Positions 19,557 through 31,777 of a stretch of 64,000 nucleotides of DNA are shown here, piece by piece (positions within the stretch are counted from its first letter, which is position 1; each line of letters begins with the position of its first letter). The translations under genes and the position numbers were made by a program. This stretch comes from Acidobacteriota bacterium (lineage in GTDB: Bacteria; Acidobacteriota; Vicinamibacteria; Vicinamibacterales; CAVVIG01). The notes beneath the pieces were generated by a model. That model did not search any database and had not been told where the DNA came from. It saw only the letters and a program-made list of their open reading frames with translations. Where the stretch lies: assembly GCA_003222395.1 (NCBI GenBank), contig QHWB01000069.1:9660-73659 (forward strand). Reading direction: 5' to 3'.

Positions 19557-21047
19557 TCATGCCGAGCGGCTGGAACGCGCATTGGTGCCCGCCTCCGTCG
19601 AGCGCGTGAGCACGGGGCAATACAATCCCAGTCGTTCCCGCCGCCACCACTCGCCCGTCGCGCGCCGCGTCGCGAAGTCGCTGAATTGGTATCGGTACAC
19701 CGTCGCGCGCACGTACCGTGGTGGCGCCGCGGGAAACGGATTGGTGCGCAGCAGACTCAATACCGGTCGGGCGTCCTCCAGCAGGCGCGCCAGAAACGCG
19801 ATGAACCATGGATACCGGCGATAGTCGCCAAGTGCCGCGAACCACATCTGCCAGTCGAGCCGCGGCTGGTGGGGCATGCAGTACCGCGGGGGCCGAGTTG
19901 GGTCGTCCGGCTTCCACTTGAACTCATATGGCTTCCAGGTTGCGCCATCGTCGCTGCCCTCGACGATGATCTCGGGCCGCGTGGTCGTCATCACCGCAAA
20001 CAGTCCGTAGCCGCTGACGAGATGGAATGGCTCGAGCCACGCGAACAGCCGTTCGAGCGAACGCGGCCACGAGACATCGCGACCGAACAGGTACACGACG
20101 CGGCGGACGGAGAGCACCAGCAGCACGAACGCCATCGGCACGAGAGCCCACCAGGGCCAGCGTGACGACACGGTTGCGCCGGCCGGGAGGACGTGCCGCC
20201 AGACCGCGTCATCGAACAGGAGCAGCGACAGCGCGATCGCGAGCAGGTTGAAGAAGCAGTAATTGCCGGTCGCCATGACCAGCAGCATCAGCGCGATCGT
20301 CAGCACGCCGGCGATATAAGAGACTGGCGGTGAGGCGAGCATCAGGAAGGGTACGGGCAGTTCGATCACGAACATCAGCGCGCAGGACATCTGGTGAAAC
20401 CACGGTGGCAAGTGATGCGCCAGCCAGGCGAGCGGTGTCGGCAATGGCTGCGTCTCGTAATGGTAGGTCAGTGCGGTCAGCGCGCGCCAAGTGGGGTCAC
20501 CGCTCCGGAGCTTCACGACAGCCGACGAGAACATGAGGCGGAACAACAACCAGCGAGCGAGCCACAGTGCGATCGGGTGAGGGTCAGCGCGTGGCGGCCA
20601 GTGCGGCAGGAGCTCCACCGGTGCGAGCCAGACCGCGAGGAAGCCGGTCTCGAGAAGCAGCACATCCCACTGATAGGCGAGAAAGACGCGGCAGACGTTC
20701 AGCAGTGAGAGGTAGGACGCCCACAGCAGCGCGAGTGTGATCACCGGCGCGATACCCGCGATGAGCGCGACGGAGAGCGCGGCGCCGCCCCAACAGAGGC
20801 ACTGGAGGAAGCGATCGCTGGTGCCGAACCAGCACAGGGTGGGGAGCGCGGCAAATCGCGCGCGGCCGAGGACGGTCTTCAGATCGTCCAGAAAGATCGC
20901 GGCCGGCAGGATCCCGTCGCGACCGATCAGCCCTTTCACCTGCATGCCGATCGAAACGAACGCCGCGAGATAGATGACGCCCAGCGCGCGCAAGAACAGC
21001 CAGTCGGCTATCGCGTACGTCACCGACGCGAGCGGCATCGCGTCCAC
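19557..21047 (-). CDS. Lipase maturation factor (LMF1) family membrane protein
   Basis: FLRALGVIYLAAF, YQWDVLLLETGFL, WLLFRLMFSSAVVKL, YHYETQPLP, YGLFAVMT..RPEIIVEGS, PHQPRLDWQMWFAAL. Confidence 0.92.
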   Translation of the reverse strand: MDAMPLASVTYAIADWLFLRALGVIYLAAFVSIGMQVKGLIGRDGILPAAIFLDDLKTVLGRARFAALPTLCWFGTSDRFLQCLCWGGAALSVALIAGIAPVITLALLWASYLSLLNVCRVFLAYQWDVLLLETGFLAVWLAPVELLPHWPPRADPHPIALWLARWLLFRLMFSSAVVKLRSGDPTWRALTALTYHYETQPLPTPLAWLAHHLPPWFHQMSCALMFVIELPVPFLMLASPPVSYIAGVLTIALMLLVMATGNYCFFNLLAIALSLLLFDDAVWRHVLPAGATVSSRWPWWALVPMAFVLLVLSVRRVVYLFGRDVSWPRSLERLFAWLEPFHLVSGYGLFAVMTTTRPEIIVEGSDDGATWKPYEFKWKPDDPTRPPRYCMPHQPRLDWQMWFAALGDYRRYPWFIAFLARLLEDARPVLSLLRTNPFPAAPPRYVRATVYRYQFSDFATRRATGEWWRRERLGLYCPVLTRSTEAGTNARSSRSA

Positions 21048-21197
21048 AGCGATCGAAACCTCCCTCTATTGTGGAAGATCGAGGCGGCAATGCGCGTGGT
21101 GCAACATACGCGCTCAAGGCTCGACGGAACGGCGCTGGAGGAACTCGCGTAGGCTTTCGGATCAGGTATGCCGAGGGCGGCCATTGTTGATCTGCCG

Positions 21198-21213
21198 TGG
21201 CGTCTCATTTGCA
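21198..21213 (+). promoter_or_regulatory. Sigma54 (-24/-12) promoter motif
   Basis: TGGCGT-CTCAT-TTGCA (GG-N10-GC), about 45 bp upstream of ATG 21259. Confidence 0.6.
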
Positions 21214-21258
21214 CCGCGCGAAGAACGCACAACCCGTATTGACGAGGAGGAAACCACC

Positions 21259-21747
21259 ATGTACGCGAGCCTATGGAAAGCAATCTGTGTAGCGCTCGTT
21301 CTGGCGGCAACCGCGAGCCTCGCCGCCCAGACCTCAAGCTCATCCAGCACGCAGAGCTCGACTGACAAAATCACGGTGACCGGGTGCATCCAACGCGCAG
21401 ATCAATCTGCCACCGGCACCACAGGAACCTCCGGAACGACAGGTGACGCGAACACTAAATTCCTTCTGACGAACGTGACCTCCGGTACTGGGGCGGGTTC
21501 CTCAACCGGAACGTCCGGGTCCGCCACCGCGAGCTCGTCGACCGCCAATACCTACCGTTTGGATACCGACGACAGCAAGGTCTCTCCTCATGTTGGTCAC
21601 AAAGTCACCATCGCAGGTACGGTCGAGCCCGCGTCGGGTAGTTCGGCGTCCACAAGCGCGACGTCGGCGACCTCGGCGTCTTCAAGCGCGAACGCGCGGA
21701 AGCTCAAGGTCGATACGGTCACGATGGTGTCCTCGACCTGTCCGTAA
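21259..21747 (+). CDS. Secreted Ser/Thr-rich hypothetical protein (paralog of 60956-61423)
   Basis: RBS GAGGAGG, signal peptide, ITVTGCIQRA...YRLD...PHVGHKV.I.GT...LKVD.V.M.SSTCP. Confidence 0.8.
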   Translation: MYASLWKAICVALVLAATASLAAQTSSSSSTQSSTDKITVTGCIQRADQSATGTTGTSGTTGDANTKFLLTNVTSGTGAGSSTGTSGSATASSSTANTYRLDTDDSKVSPHVGHKVTIAGTVEPASGSSASTSATSATSASSSANARKLKVDTVTMVSSTCP

Positions 21748-22019
21748 CAGCGCTTGTTCGCCCGACGCCACAGACGAGTTGCGATGAGGCTGGCGTCACG
21801 GGTTGCGCCAGCCTCGTTGGTTGTTTGACAGAGCCGGAACGGCAGCCCCAGTTGTCGATTTGGGCGATGCCGGACGTTTGCAAACAAAACACTTCCCGTA
21901 ATCCTTGACGACATGGGCACCGGCCTGCGCGCCCGAACTACCCGAGTCGCAGATGCCTTGCTCCAGCCCCGCAGAATCTCACCCAGACCAAGACTGCTGG
22001 CTCGAAAAGAGCGAAAGTT

Positions 22020-22330
22020 ATGACTATCCAAGAGGTCTTGACGCCCACTATGAAATCGTCCAGTCCCGACACCGACCTCGCCGCGGCCGCGAAAATCATG
22101 TGGGACGGTGATGCGGCACGGTGCCGGTTGTCAACGAAGAACGACGAGTGATTGGCATGATCACCGACCCTGATATCTGCATCGCCGCCGCGACCTGTGC
22201 CACCAGCCCTGCCAACGTCCGCGCTCACGAAGTGATGTCGGCAGGTACCCACACGGCGAACGTCCGGTTCGCGCTTGATGTCATCGAGCCGAACCGCCTG
22301 CGCTCCAGTTGTTGGCAGCGTGTGGCGACG
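22020..22330 (+). pseudogene. CBS domain protein, frameshifted
   Basis: MTIQEVLT...PDTDLAAAAKIMWDGD / VPVVNEERRVIGMITDPDICIAAAT. Confidence 0.7.
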
Positions 22331-22336
22331 CGCGCC

Positions 22337-22615
22337 ATGACTGAACTGGCTTCGAACCAGTGCGTGCCGTGTCGAGGCGGCGTGCCGCCACTCAAAGGCG
22401 CCGAACTCGAGCGGTTGGTACGCGAGGTCGATCACGGCTGGCGCGTGATCGGTTAGCACCACCTGGAAAGGACTATCGGTTCAAGAAGCGCAAGGCCACC
22501 ACCCGGATATCTATCTCTCGTGGGGCAAGGTTCGCCTCACGGTCTGGACACACAAGATCGACGGCTTGACCGAAAGCGATTTCATCTTCGCGGCCAAAGC
22601 CCGATCGCCAGTTGA
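22337..22615 (+). pseudogene. Pterin-4-alpha-carbinolamine dehydratase, disrupted
   Basis: MTELASNQCVPCRGGVPPL, TAG stop and deletion, then [35 protein letters not shown]. Confidence 0.8.
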
Positions 22616-22632
22616 CGCCCGTCGCCGCCTGG

Positions 22633-23060
22633 TTACGCGCCTTCGGTGATCGCCGCGCCGGCCGATGCGTTCAACACCACCGCACGGTCGTTATTGGCCA
22701 TCGCGAAGACAAGCGGACACTGCGCCTGGGACGTGCTGGCCGTCGCGAACAGGTGATGGATATCGATGTCCGCTTGCGCCAGCTTTTCAGTCATGCGATG
22801 GAGCATTCCGGGTTTGTGCGCCGGCTCCGTCACCAGCACGTCCGCCTCGCGCTCGTCATATTTGTGGGCTCTCAACGCGTCCAGCGCGCGCGCGCTGTCG
22901 TCGGTCACGAATCGAATGACGGCCTGGGCGCCCTCCACCCACGCGCTGATGGCCAGGATCTTGATTCCTTAGCGGCCATCGTCCTGGCGATCTCATTGAG
23001 CTTCCCGATCGCATTGGGTACACGGATGACCACTTCTTTCGCGGGTCTGGTCTTCAACAT
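22633..23060 (-). pseudogene. Tandem ACT-domain protein with one frameshift near 22965
   Basis: EVVIRVPNAIGKLNEIARTMAA / ...IRFVTDDSARALDAL...HKPGMLHRMTEKLAQADIDIHHLFA. Confidence 0.7.
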
Positions 23061-23443
23061 GGCGGATTCCTTCGCGGTTACAGTGGGCTTCTGGCCGCCG
23101 CAACTGGCGTAATCTCTCCACGACGCCTTGCACATGACCAAATCGACTGCGTGATCGGGTACGTCGGAACCAGCGTCAGCTTTTGGCAGGTGGCGGTAAG
23201 TGAAACCTGTTGAGAAGAGCTTCTGCTTAGCTGTCGAGCCCAAGGTCTGTGCGGAGCCGGCGATCTGGGCCGCTGAACGAATGGTCGGCGTGATTCGCGA
23301 TGAATTCGGGTTGTGACCTCGGTGTGCCCGGCTTGGCTGCGCCTGATATGAGTATGATTCACGCAGATCATATGCTTGACAACCTATGAGATCTGGTGCT
23401 AGTGAATAAAAAAGCGTCCCGGCGCCACAGAAAGGAGATGTCC

Positions 23444-25403
<1,960 letters not shown>

Positions 25404-25419
25404 ATCCTACGGCTCCAGT

Positions 25420-25450
25420 CGGTGACCGGATCCTCGGATCCGGCTCACCG
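25420..25450 (+). terminator. GC-rich hairpin after groEL (no U-tract)
   Basis: CGGTGA-CCGGATCC-TC-GGATCCGG-CTCACCG. Confidence 0.45.
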
Positions 25451-25558
25451 AGGGACCGGAACGGACGTCTTCCGGGCGTCGACATCGGTCAGTCCGCCCA
25501 GTGTCTCGTTTCACTCGATACGCCTGAGAAGGAGGCAGGTATAGCGCACAAATCGCTC

Positions 25559-25762
25559 ATGTCGATATCGATGCTCGTCGTGATGATGGTTGCGATGGTC
25601 GCGGCTGAGATGCATGCCCCGATCGTGACGATGAGCATCACGCTTCCCGATGGCCAGACCAAGGAGTTGACGGCGCCGGAAAGTGGCGTGGCGACGCTGA
25701 CGCTGAAGGATGGCACAGAGTTCGGATTCCGGCCGACGATTCAGGACGACCGGCCGCGCTGA
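25559..25762 (+). pseudogene. N-terminal fragment of a small secreted protein
   Basis: Hydrophobic N-terminus, then ITLPDGQTKELTAPESG...FGFRPTIQD; ends abruptly. Confidence 0.35.
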
Positions 25763-26051
25763 TTACCGAAGCCGATCATCGCAACGTCGTCCTCGTTCCG
25801 GAACGATTCGGCGGTCGCTTCGCACGTTCGGTGTGGCCGACGACCAACTAGTGGAGCTGTGTGTGACCCGCGCGCGATCGGCGACGGTTGGATGATTCGA
25901 TTGAGTCTCTGACCGCACGATGGTGAGCGACCCGCTGTGTGGACACAAAAATATTGGGTCTTGCAGGCGGTCGTTGCCTTTGGCACACTGAAAAGGAAGT
26001 CATCAGTTCGAGGCGCGTCATGGCACGGCGATCGAGGCAGCGTTACCGCTG

Positions 26052-26636
26052 ATGGACGCACCGCAGCCCGAGACCCGGCAGAAAGCGCGACGCGTCGTTG
26101 AACGGCAGGTGATGTACCTGCGGCGCCTTGTCGATGATCTGCTCGATGCCGAGCGCGCGAGGCGCGGCACGCTTCAACTGGAAACGCGCGCCATCGATTT
26201 CCGCTCAATTGTTGCTGACGTGGTCAGCATGTTTCGCGCGCGTGTGCAGGAGCGCGGTGTCGATGTGGCGAAGGAAGCGCCCACGAGGCCCGTCGTCGTG
26301 AGGGGCGATCCGGTTCGTTTGCAGCAAGTCGTTGCGAACGTGCTCGACAACGCGGTGAAGCACACACCGCCTGGCGGCAGCGTGCGCGTCCATCTCGCCA
26401 CGCGTGCGGCGCACGCGGTTCTCACGGTGCGTGATACGGGCGACGGCATCCCGCCTGACGTCCTGCCGCACATCTTCGAACCATTTCGGCATCACGGCAA
26501 CGGCGGCGGACTGGGTATCGGTCTCAATGTGGCGCGACGACTGGTGGAACTCCATCGAGGACGGATTCAGGCGCACAGCGCAGGCGCGGGGCAGGGCGCG
26601 GAATTCGTCATCGCGCTCCCGATGGCCGAGCGCTGA
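26052..26636 (+). pseudogene. Histidine kinase C-terminal part (partial HisKA plus HATPase_c); H-box absent
   Basis: VERQV..LRRLVDDLLD, RLQQVVANVLDNAVKHT, VRDTGDGI, GGLGIGL. Confidence 0.75.
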
Positions 26637-27025
26637 GCCCGAATCGACGCCCCAAGCTAATTCCAAGCCTCAGCCGCGATCCCGACATCACGCGGCTGCT
26701 CGATCGGCTGGAAGGACGGGGCTTCATCAGTCGTCATTCGTGAGGGCGCTGACCGGCGGGTCGTGCGCGCACACATCGCTGAGCAGGGACGGGATCTGCT
26801 GTCGGCGATCGACGAGCGCGTTCGGGACCTGGCGATCGGTGTCGGGATACTGCTCAGCGAGCTCCGTCTGAACACGAGCCAGATCCGCACGTGCGCCGAG
26901 CCGGTGCTCGGCATCGGTAAAGCCTCGTCCGACTGCCGGCGCGCGACACGCTCGACGACGCGCTGATTACGCCCGACCGAACCGCGTGGCCGGCAGTAAT
27001 ACGACCGCGACCACGATATTCGGGA

Positions 27026-28639
27026 CTAACGCAACTGCGCTAGCAGTTGTCGGGCGCGCTCGCCGAACTCGTCGTCGGTGATCACTCGTTCGGCGAACTC
27101 CCGCGCCTGCTCCTTCTTTGATAGGCTGAAATAGCTCACTGCCGTGTTGTACCAGGATGTCACGATCATCCGTCGATTGCTGGCGATTTGCGCCTCTCGT
27201 TTCTTGATCTGGCGGATCTGACGATCGAGCGGCTGCGTGGACGCGCGGATGTTCGCGATTTCCTCGTTCAGCTTCGCTTCCGCTTTTTCGAAACACGCGA
27301 CGGTTTCGATTAACACCTCTGCCGTGCGCGGCCACGCGCGCTGCTCCCCAAGTACGATTCCGAGATAGAAGCCGGTCTCACAATCACTCTTATCACGTCG
27401 CCGGGACAACTCGAATCTGTTCTGCGAGACGTCGAGCTGTTTTCGATGATACGCGATGATGCCGGCGAGCTTCGGTACCGCGGCGTTGAAGAGCTGCTTG
27501 TTGGCGAGCTCGATGTCGGCCCACGCTTCGTCGTCGCGGCTGAGCGCTTCTTCGTTCACCGCCCGCCAGTAGCGCGCGTCGCCGACGAGCGAATTCTGCG
27601 CGAGTAACTGATCCACGATCTGTAGCGAGTCGGCATACCGTCCCGCGTATGTCAACGCCTTCGCCTTATTGAGGAGGGCGTCGGGGTATCGCGGAACGAG
27701 AGCGAGCGTACGGTCGAGGAAATCGATGGCTCGATCAAAATCTTCGAGCGCCATGTAGTCAGCGCCCAACGAGCTCGTCACTGCAGGCCACTCACGGCGC
27801 CAGTCGTAGGCTTTCAGGAGGTGGTCCATCGCCGCATCAATCCTGCCGGTGAGCGCAAGGCCGAAGCTAAGGAAGTAGTGCACTTCCACAAATCGCGGGT
27901 CCCTCTCGAGCAGCCGTTCAAGTGAGGGACTGTCCGTATTGCTCCCGCACGTCGCCGCCTTCAACGCAACGAGCGGTGTTTCGCGCCATGCAGGCTCAAA
28001 TGTGAGCCATTGGGCGACTGCGTGCTCGGCGCTGGGTAGGTAGGCGCAGTTGAACGCGAGCCAGATGTAGGCGGAGAGCGCGTCCTCATTCGCGTGCGCG
28101 CGGAGCTGTGCCGTCCACAGCTCGCGATTCTGAAGCGCCGTCTGATTCCGCAGTAACGCGACATCGTCCGACACTTGGGTTACGGCACCGCGAACCGGCA
28201 GGGTTTCCGCGATGTCGAGCAACGCGCCAAGTGTCGCCTGAGTGCGCGGATTCGCTGCGACGATCTCACGAGCGCGCGCAAGGTACCCGCTGTCCGGGGT
28301 ACCCAACTCACGCTCGCGGATCGCCAGCAGGGCCGCAGCTCGAGCCGCGCCAGTGGACGCGGCATCTGCCACCGTCGCCACGGAGCGAAGATTGTTGTAT
28401 TCCTGAAGTGCGGACACGAGGCAATCGAAGCAACCTGCCTGTACCTGCGCGTCCGCGGCAGCCAGACGAGCGGACGGTGAGGGCACGCGAGCGCTTGGCG
28501 TGACAACCGGCTTCGATGCGGCGCATCCAGAGTGCACGAATGCGGCCAGCACGCACCCGCTTGCGCCGCGCCACAATCGACAGCGCCGCCGTCGCCTGGT
28601 CGTCGCGGACGCAGCTGTGCATACTGTCTGGAACATCAC
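27026..28639 (-). CDS. TPR-repeat protein, probable lipoprotein
   Basis: R-rich N-terminus plus VLAAFVHSGC; TPR-like helical repeats (LGADY.ALEDFDRAI..., ALLNKAKALTYAGRY). Confidence 0.7.
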   Translation of the reverse strand: MMFQTVCTAASATTRRRRRCRLWRGASGCVLAAFVHSGCAASKPVVTPSARVPSPSARLAAADAQVQAGCFDCLVSALQEYNNLRSVATVADAASTGAARAAALLAIRERELGTPDSGYLARAREIVAANPRTQATLGALLDIAETLPVRGAVTQVSDDVALLRNQTALQNRELWTAQLRAHANEDALSAYIWLAFNCAYLPSAEHAVAQWLTFEPAWRETPLVALKAATCGSNTDSPSLERLLERDPRFVEVHYFLSFGLALTGRIDAAMDHLLKAYDWRREWPAVTSSLGADYMALEDFDRAIDFLDRTLALVPRYPDALLNKAKALTYAGRYADSLQIVDQLLAQNSLVGDARYWRAVNEEALSRDDEAWADIELANKQLFNAAVPKLAGIIAYHRKQLDVSQNRFELSRRRDKSDCETGFYLGIVLGEQRAWPRTAEVLIETVACFEKAEAKLNEEIANIRASTQPLDRQIRQIKKREAQIASNRRMIVTSWYNTAVSYFSLSKKEQAREFAERVITDDEFGERARQLLAQLR

Positions 28640-28834
28640 CGCGCGACACCATCGGACCGCCGCGCACCTTGCGGGCGGGGTGATCCAAGCGATTGGCTCG
28701 ATCGCAGTAGCGCTACTGCGTCTGCCGCTGATCCACTAAAGAACGTGTCGGCCGGACGTACCCCTTTTGTTCCAACACGCGCAATTGCGTTCGGACCGTT
28801 GAATACGCCTGCTTTCCGCCCATCTCTGACATTG

Positions 28835-28929
28835 ACCTCACGCGCGGTCGCGTGCCCACGTCGGTACAAGACGTCCGTGATGTGCCGCTCTCGTTTGGTG
28901 AATAAGTCCGGCGTCAAGGCGCTGGTCAC
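28835..28929 (-). pseudogene. BlaI/MecI/CopY repressor N-terminal fragment
   Basis: FTKRERHITDVLYRRGHATAREV, then similarity is lost. Confidence 0.65.
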
Positions 28930-28950
28930 GCGCGGTTCCTATTCACGACA

Positions 28951-28987
28951 TGCTATTTTTATCACATCTGTGTTATATAAATAACAC
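28951..28987. promoter_or_regulatory. Two operator-like boxes in divergent BlaI/ADOP intergenic region
   Basis: Inverted repeat GTGTTAT-ATAA-ATAACAC (28970-28987) and a degenerate copy TGCTAT-TTTT-ATCACA (28951-28966). Confidence 0.55.
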
Positions 28988-28989
28988 CG

Positions 28990-31584
28990 ATGCGAAGAAC
29001 GACGCTCTTCTGGTTGGACGATCTGCGGCGCGACATCTCTTATGCGGCGCGCGGCCTCGCCCGCAATCCCGGGTTCGCCATAGCTGCCGTGGTCACGCTC
29101 GCGCTCGGCATCGGCGCCACGACGGCCGTCTTCAGCGTCGTCAACGCCGTCCTGCTGCGTCCGCTGCCGTACCCGGACAGCGATCGGCTGGTCCGGATCG
29201 TCGAACGGTTGCCGGCGCGCAGTGCGAACACTCCGCCCGGGCGCAGGACGGCCATGACGTGGACCGAATTCAGCGAATGGCGCGCCCGTACGACCACGCT
29301 GTCGGCCATGGCGTACGCGCTGACGCCGCCGATCACCTTGATGCCAACCTCCGCGGGATCGGCGCGTTTGACCGGCGCGCTCGTGTCCTCCAATACGTTC
29401 GGCATGCTCGGCGGCCGCACGTTGCTCGGCCGCACGCTCGACGCGCGCGACGACGCGGCGGGTTCCAGCGTCGTCGTCCTCAGCGCCGGCGCGTGGCGCC
29501 GGTACTTCCAGGCCGACCCCGGCATCGTCGGACGCGCGGTCGCGCTGAAGACGCTCGGTCCGGAAGCCGGATTTCTCGACGGCACGCCGCTCAGGGTCGT
29601 CGGCGTTATGCATCCGAGCTTCGACTTCCCGTCACCGCTCGTCGATTTCTGGGCGCCGATTTCCGAAGGCTCTCCGGCACGCCGAGCGCTCGCCGGCGGC
29701 GTCATCGCGCGCCTGCGCGATGGCGTGTCGATCCAGGCCGCGACGGACGAAGCCAATGCCATCGGCGAGGGGCTGCGACCCAAACCGACGTCGGGGCCGC
29801 TCTCGCAGCCGCTGCCTCCGGGCGTGCGACGCTTCGACGCTGAGAGGGTGAAAGAACAACTGGTCGGGCCGAGCCGGCCCGCGCTTCGCGTGCTCGCCAT
29901 CGCTGTCGGCACCCTCCTGCTGATCGTCTGCGCGAACGTCGCCAACCTCCTGCTCGCGCGAGGGACGACGCGTGAGCGCGAGATCGCGGTCCGCCTCGCC
30001 GTCGGCGCCAGCCGCGGACGCGTCCTGCGACAGCTGATCGCGGAGAGCTTCGTACTTGCCGTTGTCGGTGGCCTCCTCGGTGCGGTACTCGCGATCGGCG
30101 GTGTCGCGCTCGTGCGCGAGTTCGGGTCACCGCACGCGCAGGGTGCCTTTCAAATCTCGTTCGGCGGCGCGATGCTGCCGCGGCTGCACGAGATCGTCGT
30201 CGACGGCCGCGTGCTTGGCCTCGCGATCACCCTGGCGCTAGTTACGGCCCTGTTAGTCGGCATGGTGCCGGCGTTCAAGCTGTCGCGCATGGATCGCTTG
30301 CGTGTGCTCAGTTATCGAGGCGCCGGCGGACAGGGCGGTGCGACGCGCGGCGACATGCGCCTGCGCGACGTGCTGGTCGTCGGTCAACTGGCGATGGCGA
30401 CGATGCTGCTCGTCGGCGCCGCTCTGCTGATCAACAGCTTCAGCCGGCTGTCGCGTGTGGAGCCAGGCTGGAATGCGTCAGGCGTCCTCACCTTCTATCT
30501 CGTCATGCCGCAGGACTATTCGACGGCTCGGAAAGCCGAGCTGATCGAGCGCGTGATCAACGAACTGCGCGCATTGCCGGGCGTTCAGAGCGCGGGCTTC
30601 ACGTACGCAGGGCCGCTGCTGGGCCTCGTCGATCAATTCGGCACGTTCGTCCCGCAAGGACGCACGCCGGACGAGATGCGCGGCAACCCGGACAATCCGC
30701 AAATCCGCGCGGTCAGTCACGACTACCTGCAAGCGATGGGCGTGCGACTGATCGCAGGACGATGGTTCGACGCGCGCGACGATGCCGCCGCGCCCCCGGT
30801 CATCATCGTCAACCGTCTCGTAGTGCAACGGTTGTTCGGCAACGAGAACCCGGTGGGACGACTCGTGCACCTGGACGGTCGAATGGAGTTCGCCCCGCAG
30901 CAGATCGTCGGGGTCGTCGAAGACATGCGGCAGGCCCGGCTCGATCTAGAACCGGCGCCACAGATGTTCGTCGACTACCGCCAAGTACTCGCGCTGACGC
31001 AGGCGCGCAAGATGCCGACCGCGGCCCAGGAGCGGCTCGCATTCGGGTTTCTCTCGTTCGTCGTCCGCACGGCAGGCGAGCCCGCCGAGTTGATGCCGGT
31101 CGTGCGATCGCTCGTCGCCCGTGTCGCCCCCTCAGCGGGCATCGACGTGATGCTGCCGATGGAGCAGATCGTCGCGTCGTCGCTCACACGGCAGCGTTTC
31201 TATGCGCTGATGCTCGGCATCTTCGCCGCGATCGCCGCGGCGCTTGGCGCGATCGGGACGTATGGCGTGCTTGCCTATGCCGTCGCTCGTCGAACGAACG
31301 AGATCGGCGTCCGCATGGCACTGGGCGCGCAACGTGGCGACGTGCTGCGACTGGTGCTTCGCCGCGGCGTCATCCTCGCGGTCATCGGCATCGTTCTCGG
31401 CCTCGCAGGCGCGGCCGGGTTGTCGCGCTCGCTCACCGCCATGCTGTACGGCCTCACGCCGCTCGATCCGACGACGTACGTCGCGGTCACCAGCCTCTTC
31501 GCGATCGTCACCGCGCTCGCGTCGTACATGCCCGCGCGGCGAGCCGCCAAGGTCGATCCGATGGATGCAATCCGATGTGAATAG
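28990..31584 (+). CDS. ADOP family duplicated ABC permease (MacB/FtsX)
   Basis: TLALGIGATTAVFSVVNAVLLRPLPY, CANVANLLLARG..REREIAVR.A.GA, EIGVRMALGA, PARRAAKVDP. Confidence 0.93.
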   Translation: MRRTTLFWLDDLRRDISYAARGLARNPGFAIAAVVTLALGIGATTAVFSVVNAVLLRPLPYPDSDRLVRIVERLPARSANTPPGRRTAMTWTEFSEWRARTTTLSAMAYALTPPITLMPTSAGSARLTGALVSSNTFGMLGGRTLLGRTLDARDDAAGSSVVVLSAGAWRRYFQADPGIVGRAVALKTLGPEAGFLDGTPLRVVGVMHPSFDFPSPLVDFWAPISEGSPARRALAGGVIARLRDGVSIQAATDEANAIGEGLRPKPTSGPLSQPLPPGVRRFDAERVKEQLVGPSRPALRVLAIAVGTLLLIVCANVANLLLARGTTREREIAVRLAVGASRGRVLRQLIAESFVLAVVGGLLGAVLAIGGVALVREFGSPHAQGAFQISFGGAMLPRLHEIVVDGRVLGLAITLALVTALLVGMVPAFKLSRMDRLRVLSYRGAGGQGGATRGDMRLRDVLVVGQLAMATMLLVGAALLINSFSRLSRVEPGWNASGVLTFYLVMPQDYSTARKAELIERVINELRALPGVQSAGFTYAGPLLGLVDQFGTFVPQGRTPDEMRGNPDNPQIRAVSHDYLQAMGVRLIAGRWFDARDDAAAPPVIIVNRLVVQRLFGNENPVGRLVHLDGRMEFAPQQIVGVVEDMRQARLDLEPAPQMFVDYRQVLALTQARKMPTAAQERLAFGFLSFVVRTAGEPAELMPVVRSLVARVAPSAGIDVMLPMEQIVASSLTRQRFYALMLGIFAAIAAALGAIGTYGVLAYAVARRTNEIGVRMALGAQRGDVLRLVLRRGVILAVIGIVLGLAGAAGLSRSLTAMLYGLTPLDPTTYVAVTSLFAIVTALASYMPARRAAKVDPMDAIRCE

Positions 31585-31777
31585 CACGTTTGGCGCGACC
31601 GCCGGCGCCGCGTGCGACTCCACTCCCTCGCATCCTTTGCAAGAAGATCGAGGATTTGCGCCAGCTAGGCGCGTTCATGGTCCGCACCGGCGGGTTGGTT
31701 TGCCGTCACCGATCCGGATGTGAGCTCATTGCCGCGGATCTGTGAGGTCTATGCGATTGTTGACGCCCCCAAGTGCC

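Noticed and set aside
22453-22455. In-frame TAG in the PCD gene as possible pyrrolysine/readthrough
   Set aside because: Followed by frameshift/deletion damage and not at a catalytic position, so ordinary decay.
23376-23402. CIRCE element upstream of groES
   Set aside because: Only a partial GTGCTA half-site; the TTAGCACTC arm is missing.
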